Source of the DNA: Eledone cirrhosa
Lineage: Eukaryota
Assembly (NCBI GenBank): GCA_964016885.1
Contig: OZ024740.1
Location: 154,132,001-154,196,000, forward strand
Length of the DNA stretch: 64,000 nucleotides
Reading direction: 5' to 3'
Position 1 is the first letter of the stretch. Every line of letters starts with the position of its first letter. Below, piece by piece: positions 55,289 through 64,000 of this stretch. The position numbers and the translations under genes were made by a program. Under the pieces are notes generated by a model. That model had not been told where the DNA came from. It saw only the letters and a program-made list of their open reading frames with translations, and searched no databases.

Positions 55289-55719
55289 TATCGAGTTCAT
55301 TTATGAAATTGTCTCTTTTTTTCCCACTCTCACTTACACACACGCGCGCGCGCGCGCGCTATCTCTTTCAATCTATTTCTTTCAATTTATCATCTTTTTT
55401 ATGTCGTTGTGTGGTCGTTAGTTTGGTTTGATTCTTGAATCAATATAAGTAGTTATATTTATATATCTGTGTGTGGGTGCGTGAGAGTACATATTGCTAG
55501 AAATAGCTGCTAAATCTCCCTTAAAATTACACTACACTCTTGTGAAAACTAACTAGAATAACAATGTAGTGTCAGATAAAAAAATGTTAATCTATCGTAT
55601 ATATACGTATATATATAGCATTTCGATTAGCAAAGCGGACATCTTGGAATTTGCTTCTGTCTTGAAGACTGTGTTGTCTAAGGACACCTCAGGCTTCTTG
55701 AAGTTATAATTAACAAACT

Positions 55720-55925
55720 AAACACTGGCATAGCTTTTGGGCTAAAATGTACGTTTAGTGTTCGACTCATAGTAATAAGCATTGCGTCCTTGAGCAACAA
55801 ACTTTATTTCATGCTGCTCTAGTTCACTTAGCTGGAAAATGAGTTGTACCTGTTAATACAAAATGCCGGCTTTGTTACTCACTCTGTCACATTGTATCAC
55901 CATGAAAACTATGTTAAGAATGCAC
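55720..55925 (+). mobile_element. Decayed SINE of a second family
   Basis: B-box-like GTTCGACTC followed by GTCCTTGAGCAA..ACTTTATTTCA..TGCTC.AGT.CACT.AGCTG, a core recalled from cephalopod SINEs. Confidence 0.45.
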
Positions 55926-56394
55926 GTCTCTATTCAACCACTCATACGCAAATTTCACGAATATGCTGTTCTGTTGGTCGAAGCAACTGGAACGCTCGAC
56001 GCCGAAACCGACGGAAATCCAACTCAGAAAATAACAAATAATCATGCATAAACTAGTCACTCGTAATAACATATCCACTTCTCCATCTATGCTTTCCAGT
56101 CCTTCCAAGCTAAATGATGAAACAAGGAAATATCAGACCATATCTAAAATAAGATTTTGTAAAACAAAAAGGTAACAAAAGTAAGATAAAAACGAGGAGG
56201 ACAACATAAAAACAACTTCTTTCTCATATGGTACGCTTCTTGTCGCTTCTAGGCGCTTCTAAATGCTTCATCAGTTTATCTCATTGACGGAGATTTTCTA
56301 CTCGATAACATTCTATTTCTAATTACCAATTAACACACCCTGGTAAACACAAACAAAATACAAACAAAATTGCAATGACTCAATTTTCTGTTAC

Positions 56395-57170
56395 GTGTAT
56401 GTACACGTACATACATATATGTATAGAGACGTACAGTAGTATGTATATATATACATACATGCACACATATATATATATACGTATGGATTCACCGAAAATT
56501 TATTATAATGCTCGGTGTGTTTGTATACAAATATCCCGAATTAAGCCGTACAGTGTCTAGCAACCATCGTTGCTCATTTGTTCAACCCTGACTGTACTAG
56601 TTTCAAGCTTATTAGCTATCGTCAGCATCGTATACCTTCCTGTCAGATGATTGAACGTCTGAAAGTATATACTTTCCTTATGCATATTAACGGCTAGCAG
56701 CCTAATTTGCATATCGAGTGAGTTAATCGGCCGGGGTACCGAAAACGATAAACGGAAAATATGAAAAGAAATTTCTCACTCTTAGTACGGCTGTTACTTA
56801 AATATAAGTATGTACACGTACATACATATATGTATACAGACGTACACTAGTATGTATATTTATATACATACATGCACACATATATATATATATATGTACG
56901 TATGGATTCACCGAACATTTATTATAATGCTCGGTGTGTTTGTAAACAAACATCCTGAATTAAGCCGTACAGTGTATAGCAACCATGGTTGCTCATTTGT
57001 TCAACCCTGACAATGGAACGCTGTACTAGTTTCAATCTTATTAGCTATCGTCAGCAACGTATACCCTCCTGCCAGATGATTGAACGTCTGAAAGTATATA
57101 CTTTCCTTATGCATATTAACGGCTGAGCAGCCTAATTTGAATATCGAGTGAGTTAATCGTTTTTCCGTTT
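56395..57170 (-). mobile_element. Tandem dimer of an approximately 430-nt hammerhead-bearing unit (H9)
   Basis: - strand acg(a/t)tg-CTGACGA-tagctaataag(c/a)tt-GAAA-ctag-TA-cag at 56593-56631 and 57018-57060. Confidence 0.85.
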
Positions 57171-57199
57171 ATATATATATATATACATATACATGTATA

Positions 57200-59278
57200 T
57201 ATATTAATAAATCTGTACTCCAATGTTACTAGGTAGTCGCATTGGATGGAGTCAACCGACGTCGGAGATTGCTCAACGTATAATAAAATATGCTTTAAAA
57301 TCCGGAGAAAATATGAAGAAGTTTATGAAACGGAAATGCGGGTATAAAGAATATATTAGGTAACAATTGTTTCTATAGTGTGTGGGTTACCTATACCTCG
57401 CTATTTGTATAATATAAAAATATTATCATAAATCGTAGGTACACTGTAAGAGAACACACCATATCGTCAGACCTTTATGGTAGAATGATAGGAGAATATT
57501 TTATACACTAGATATGTGAGAAAGTAGGAGGTAGGAAGGGAAGAGGAAGAGGGAAGTGAGTAAGGGGGAGGTAGTCTTAGGATTCAAGACTGTCAGAGTA
57601 GTAGAGATTGTATAGAAGAAAATATTTTGGCAGCAGTTAGCTAAATGAGACGTGTTAGGGTTGGCGGGGGAAGTAAATTCTTCTAGTGGTGTTATTTGGA
57701 CAAAATTTAGTTAAAGGGGTCAATGTAGTACATAATTATAGTCAAGTTATTGGGACTATTATAGTAGCAGGATATTTCTAAAAGGGTCTAAAAAACAGTG
57801 TTTAGTGTTATTATTATGAAAAGCCATATCGTGTGTATAAACATATAAAATATGAAATAAAAATAAAAATGTGCAAATGGTGATGTAAAAAGATAACATT
57901 ACATGCATTTAAAAAAAGAAAAAGTCGTTTTTAAACGATGGTTACAGTAAAGTGAACGTTCAATTTTGCTGTTCAAAAGTTTGTTTTCCGACGTTAAAAT
58001 GCAGTATATCTCCATATTGCATAATTTACAAAATCGGTGATTTTGCTTATATGCTGGCGCAAATGCAATAATTTGCCAATAAAGGGAGAATGCTTGATTG
58101 TTCTTCCGAAGCTGCCAGGCTTTATCGGCGAGGGTTGTTACGGAGCGCATTTTCTCATGCTTGATCGAAGATCGATGTTGGTATAGGCGAGCTTTGAAAG
58201 ATGTTGCGGTACATCCGACGTAATACCATTTGTTGGTTCCGGAATTTATTGTACATCGGTAGACAATATTGCGTGCTAGGCATTGGTTATTCAATGGGCA
58301 CGAACCTGGTTTAGTGCAGTTACGGTTATTTTTATGTTTTGCAGTAGTATCCTGGATAGTTTGGTGGGGTTGTAGCTGCGTGTTAGTGCGTTGTATGTCG
58401 CTATGCTGGTGCGCTGTGTCATTAGGGATGTACTTATTTAGTATTGTTGAGTTGAGTTTTTTAATTAGTTGTTCTCTGTTAGGTGCAGTGGAGTATGAGA
58501 GTCTAATGGTGCGCGAGTTTAAGATTTTATAGTATTTATGTGAAGTTGTAAAGTGTTTATTGATCAGTGTATAGAATTGTGAGATAATCTTAGTGCTAAT
58601 AGAGATATTGTACACGGTGTTATACCATATGTACTCTCTACGTCTAACTCTATTTGTTGGTTTGCACCTATTATTATGCCTATTAATGTGTATACTAGTT
58701 CGACTTAGATGTGATTTATTCATAGTGCCTATGTGGTTATCTTCTAGATATTCTATTTTCTCGCACTAACCAGCTTTTCTAAGTGCGTCGTTATAATACT
58801 CAGCATGCTCGTTGAAGGTCTGCAGATTAGACGATAGTCGGGAGATCCTTATGGATATATTTTTAGGGATATATTTAATAATGGAATGGGGATGGTTCGA
58901 TCTTACATTAACGTACTTGAGATTTTCATTAAGTTTGTGAAATGGCTTTATATTACAGTTATTAAGGTTGAAGGTGACATCCAAGAAATTGACCACTTTA
59001 AGATTGTGTTCGAAGGTAATACTAAGTCCTAGTTCTAAGAAAAGTTTCCTAATGTTTTTACGTCGCCTTTCTAGGTTTTGTTTGTTCATATTTTTGACTA
59101 ATAGGAGTGCATCATCACGGTAGATTCCACCGTGGAGGTCAATAAATTCGCTCTGGAGTCTGTGAGCTATATAGATTCCAACCAAATCCGTAACTTCCGC
59201 CGAATCATTAGAACCCATCGTAATGTCAAATTCCGTAATGTCAAATTCCTCGGAATTTGACATTACGGAATTTGACAT
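57200..59278 (-). mobile_element. Naiad-like PLE, 5'-truncated, one in-frame TAG
   Basis: FDITMGSNDSAEVTDLVG, GIYRDD, VNFLDVTF, SNHP, C..PGSCPLNNQCL, NIVY..YYVGCTATSFKARL..H, CKLCNME; hammerhead at 57358-57474. Confidence 0.9.
57358..57474 (-). ncRNA. Type I hammerhead with extended stem II (H10)
   Basis: aggt-CTGACGA-tatggtgtgt...acacactata-GAAA-caattg-TT-acct. Confidence 0.75.
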
Positions 59279-59303
59279 ATATATATATATATATATATAT
59301 ATA

Positions 59304-59462
59304 CGTTATTCCGGGTTGAATCGGAGGTAACCACACTAAGTAAGGTACTTAATAGATATCAGAGTATAAAAGTTTTAATATAGATGAGATTCTACAGATT
59401 CCTGATGATTTCTAAAGAATGAAACAGTTCTAGTCCTGTAGAATCTCATCTATATTAAAACT
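59304..59462. ncRNA. Family H1 copy: hammerhead inside a perfect 27-bp inverted repeat
   Basis: gattc-CTGATGA-tttctaaagaat-GAAA-cag..ctg-TA-gaatc (59396-59445); arms 59371-59397 and 59436-59462; tail repeated at 59568-59625. Confidence 0.8.
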
Positions 59463-59534
59463 ATATATATAATATATATATACATATATACATATATATA
59501 TCACATAACAGTCCTTTCTCTGGTGACCAATTAC

Positions 59535-59567
<33 letters not shown>

Positions 59568-59625
59568 CGTTATTCCGGGTTGAATCGGAGGTAACCACAC
59601 TAAGTAAGGTACTTAATAGATATCA

Positions 59626-59976
59626 TAGATAACGGAAAAGAATGAAACGAAATTTCATTTCTCACTCTTAGTACGGCTGATACTTATATATAAGTATTAA
59701 GTATTATACGTACATACATATATGTATACAGACGTACAGTAGCATGTACATACATGCACACATATATATATATATACGTATGGGTTTAACGAACATTTAT
59801 TATAATGTTCGTTTTTTTTGTAAACAAACAGCCCGAATTAAGCCGTACAGTGTTCGGCAACCATCGTTGCCCTTTTGTTCAACACTGACAAAGGAACGAT
59901 GAACTAGTTTCAAGCTTATTAGCTATCGTCAGCATTGTATACCTTCCTGTCAGATGATTGAAACGTTTGAAAGTAT
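59626..59976 (-). mobile_element. H9 unit, partial
   Basis: Hammerhead at 59896-59938 (GTT triplet); colinear with 56395-57170. Confidence 0.8.
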
Positions 59977-59984
59977 TTAAAATA

Positions 59985-60540
59985 TGTGTGTAGATTCTAT
60001 TTATATTTCTATGTTCTCTAATTTACCCTTGTGTTCTATTTTAGCATGTTGGTAGAATCATCTGTACTCTACCAACATGCTAAAATAGAACACAAGGGTA
60101 AATTAGAGAACATAGAAATAAAAATAGAATCTACACACAGAAAAGACGCAATGTTTAGACAAATTACAGAGGCAATAAACAAAAAAGAATTACAACCAAA
60201 ATTAAATAGAAAATATGAGTGGAACAGCAACATCACAACTTACAATTAAGGACAAAATGAAAACACACACACACATAGAACAAACAATCAACCAGTAACA
60301 TGTAAATAAACAAATAAATAAATGAACATAAACACACACAGACACCCGGATGTGGCGCATGCGCAGACTGAGCACACAACACACGAACAGAAACAAAATG
60401 GCGTAGGACAGAACAAAGGAGAGGCACAGAAACAAAGAAAGGAATCCCCAGTCACTGAAGAGGTCACAGAGTGTGTGACGAAAGAACTATGACAATATAT
60501 AAACAACTATCTGGTTGTGGAACCAGCCAACCAACCAGAA
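59985..60540 (+). mobile_element. PLE-type 3' remnant: GIY-YIG C-terminus with 72-bp 5' foldback and minimal hammerhead (H11)
   Basis: LYQHAKIEH...DAMFRQITEAI..LNRKYEWN; inverted repeat 59985-60056 / 60068-60139; gtca-CTGAAGA-ggtcac..gtgac-GAAA-gaac-TA-tgac at 60451-60493. Confidence 0.7.
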
Positions 60541-60800
60541 ATTTATAAATTTATTAATTTATAAATTTATAAATTTATTATAAATTTATTATAATAAATT
60601 GAAGTGAAAGCAACTGGTGCGTGTGTTTCTTATTGGCAACATGACCCTCCCAAAGTATAACAATATCGGTTTCAACACACGATTTCAGATAAAAAATCTT
60701 GCTAAACAAATTCAGAAACGATATATATATATATAAATATATATATATACACATACTCACGTATATTTATATATATATACACACATACTCACATATATAC

Positions 60801-60832
<32 letters not shown>

Positions 60833-60912
60833 GTGTGTGTATATATATATATATGTATATATATATATGTATATATGTGAGTATGTGTGTATATATATAT
60901 AAATATACGTGA

Positions 60913-60982
<70 letters not shown>

Positions 60983-60986
<4 letters not shown>

Positions 60987-61487
60987 GTAAGTATGTATAC
61001 TTACATACATAAATGTATACAGACGTACAGTAGTATGTATATATATACATACATGCACACATATATATATATATGTACGTATAGGTTTACCGACCATTTA
61101 TTATAATGTTCGGTTTGTTTGTAAACAAACAGCCCGAATTAAGCCGTACAGTGTTCGGCAACCATCGTCGCCCTTTTGTTCAACACTGACAAAGGAATGA
61201 TGAACTAGTTTCAAGCTTATTGGCCATCGTCAGCATCGTATACCTTCCTCTCAGATGATTGAACGTTTGAAAGTATATAATTGCCTTATGCATATTTACG
61301 GCTGAGCAGCCTAATTTTCATATCGAGTGAGTTAGTCGGCCGGGCGTACCGAAAACGATAAATGGAAAAGAATGAAATAAAATTTCATTTCTCACTCTTA
61401 GTACGGCTGATACTTAAATGTAAGTATGTATACGTACATACATATATGTATACAGACGTACAGTAGTATGTATATATATACATAGAT

Positions 61488-61543
<56 letters not shown>

Positions 61544-61617
61544 GTATGGGTTTACCGAACATTTATTATAATTCCCGAATTAAGCCGTACAGTGATCGGC
61601 AACCATCGTCGCCCTGT
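60983..61617 (-). mobile_element. H9 tandem (1.5 units) abutting Tx1 copy E
   Basis: Hammerhead at 61197-61240; the unit restarts at about 61416. Confidence 0.8.
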
Positions 61618-63771
61618 TTCAATTCTTCTGCACCTGGTGGTCCGGACCAAACCAGACCCCGAGCAGCTTTACCGGTCCTTCCATCCAGCGTCCGACGACG
61701 CCATCGGAAGGCATCAGTTTGCCCCTCCACGTTCCGAGTTGCCAACCGACGGATTTGTCCCAGTTCAGCTTGGCTCCTGTGAAGCTTTCGTATTGCTTCA
61801 GTAAGGTGCTGACCTCCCCGATTTGCGAGGTGCTCGACACCATTACTGTAACGTCGTCGGTGTAGGCCAACGCCGCTTTTCGCAGTCCCGGTTCCAAAGG
61901 GAAGCCCTGAAATAGATCCAAATTCCGCAGTAGTGGCTCGAGAGTCAGTACGTACAGAAGGGAGGAGAGTGGGCATCCCTGTCGGATGGATCGCGTGATA
62001 TGGAACGGCTCCGAGAGGTAGCCGTTCACCTTGAACCTTTAGCAGATGTTGCTGCTGTGCACTGCAGCAATCCAGCCCCTGAATACGAGTCCGAATCCTG
62101 CCGCCTCAAGCACCGCATCCTGGTAGCGATGGTCAACCCTATCGAAAGCCTTAGACTGATCCATGTTGATCAGGGCCCCACCGAAGCCGGGTTTACACTC
62201 TACCCTCTCTATGATGTATCGCATGAGGTGGAGTTTGTCGTGTATGGACCTGGTCGGGATTGCGCATGTCTGCGCTTCTCCCACCAGGTTTTCGACGACA
62301 AGCGCCAGCCTCTTTTCCAACACCTTGACCAAAATCTGTAACTCTGTGTTTAGCAGAGTTATGGACCGGAAGTTGCCTATGACATCCCCATTATTCTCAT
62401 CCTTCCTGACTAACGTGACTACGTCCCTGGTAACAGAACTGGGAATTCTCCCGTTCTGCTGCCAGTTACAGTAGACCGCTTCCAGGAGACCGGAGAACAA
62501 GTCCGGCATTGCTACGTAGAATTCGTAGGGTAGACTGTCGAGAACTGGATATTTGCGTTTGCCGCATTGACTCAGCGCCCCCAGTCTCAGCGGCCGAAAT
62601 CGGCCTTTCGTAGAACTTCGGTAGGCTGTCGAGGTATGGACCGAAATCCGTAGCCCCTCCGTGGCGCCGTCCTGCCCGAACAGTTGAGCAAAGTGGCTCT
62701 AAAAAAGCTGCGCACATCTGCTTCGGCTCACGTTACACGCGTCCGTCTTGGACCTTGAAAGACCGAATCGTGGACTTGTTGCCACTTTTCGCCTCCGTCA
62801 CTCGGGCCCAGCTAACAGCTTTGGCTCCCTCGTTTCCCAGAGCACGTATTTTGCTCCTGACAACGCAGCCTTCGTGCTTTGCGTCGAAGAACTGGTCGAA
62901 GGCCGTTCTCGTCGCAAGCACGCTGGCTACGTTGCCACTCCTAAGTGCCTCTTCTACTTTATCTACCAGTTCCTATTCAGTCTTATTTTTATCTAACACT
63001 AAGTCTTTACTAAAACCTATCGAGTCTAATCTGACTGCCCTCTTGAGAGAGTACCACCATCTGTTGTTGACAATGTCCCCCGTCAAGTGCTGCTTAACTA
63101 AAGTGCTAATCCGTCTACTGTAGGCTTTGCATGTCGGTAATGACAAGTTCAGCTTCCAGTAGCCGGATCCCTGTTTATGGGTTCTATCAAGGTTGACTAA
63201 GCAGGTCACTAGTTTGTGATCTGAATTGGCAACCATGAACATTTGTGGACAGCTTAACATGTCCCTATCACTAACTCTAACTAGAAACCTATCTAGGTAC
63301 GATCTAGATGTTCCGCTGTGGTTGGTCCACTTCCACTGTGGCACAGCTGGAAACTCTAGTCGATATTTATCGGCCAGTTAAAATCGGCCGATTAACTGTT
63401 TGAAGCTGTTACACCCCGCTCTATCGGGACATGCTCCCACATAGTCCCAACGTGCATCTAGGATTCCATTCCAGTCCCCCACTAAGAGCAGGGAGCGGGA
63501 CATATCCAGAAAAGTCTCTAGACATTTGAAGAAGTCTTGCCGCGGTGTCCCAGATGGGGCATATGCGGCCACCAGCCTGAAGGCTCCATCTTCAGAACCG
63601 TCAACGTCTAGGACCACCAGTCGACCCTCCAGGTCCAGATGTACCGTCTGTGTTACGAGGTCCAGGGGTTTCCGCAGCCAAACGGCAACCCCGCTCCCAC
63701 CTCCCAGCTGACAGAGAGATGCGTAGATCTCAAAGTCGTCGAAGATGGGGGCCAGTTGTCGCTCGCTGTGG
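61618..63771 (-). mobile_element. L1/Tx1 copy E, internal ORF2 fragment
   Basis: APE (VGDWN, SDHK), YWKLN, RT (KAFDRVDH, RQGCPLS, YTDD); 5' end abuts (GATA)n. Confidence 0.9.
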
Positions 63772-63802
63772 AAGATAGATAGCTACATATATACATACAT
63801 GC

Positions 63803-63871
<69 letters not shown>

Positions 63872-63899
63872 CATATATACATACATACAGATTGATATA

Positions 63900-64000
63900 T
63901 TTCTTTATTTGCCACAAGGGCACACAAGAAAAGGGGACAATATAAGGACATATGCCGGGGATTTTACATATAATCGTGAAAAAAATGTTTAAACAAACAA
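63900..64000 (-). mobile_element. 3'UTR end of a further Tx1 copy (F)
   Basis: TTTCTTTATTTGCCACAAGGGCAC..GGGGACAA matches the 3' ends of copies A-D; (GATA)n at 63772-63870. Confidence 0.8.

Noticed and set aside
49610-59278. Selenocysteine recoding, reported for some Naiad PLEs
   Set aside because: The Cys positions I could read (CNCR..CP..C, CxLC, terminal CxH) are not TGA in these copies or at 21954-22375; the interrupting stop at 58766 is TAG at a Tyr position. No SECIS was recognised.

Overview
Eukaryotic, AT-rich, microsatellite-dense DNA made almost entirely of retroelements. The SINE sequences and repeat landscape suggest an octopod cephalopod (inference). No host gene exon could be supported. 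Contents: six L1/Tx1-clade LINE copies (three head-to-tail on the - strand, one near-complete on +, two at the right edge), several abutting (TAGA)n; two R4/Dong-type RLE LINEs in (TACA)n, one with an uninterrupted ORF of more than 860 codons; five Penelope-like (PLE) fragments, four of them Naiad-like; RTE, CRE and hAT remnants; and tRNA-derived SINEs. Two signals are absent from the ORF track. (1) About 11 distinct families of type I hammerhead ribozyme motifs sit at PLE 3' ends and in non-coding, mostly (TA)n-embedded, tandem retrozyme-like units of about 430, 490 and 590 nt; one family has a compensatory U3-A8 core. (2) The Tx1 family carries positionally conserved splice signals: a 5'UTR donor, a donor overlapping the ORF1 stop, and an acceptor 7 nt before the ORF2 ATG. 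These would give a spliced ORF2 mRNA and/or an in-frame ORF1-ORF2 fusion. All calls were made by eye with no searches or folding run; coordinates are approximate to a few bases.
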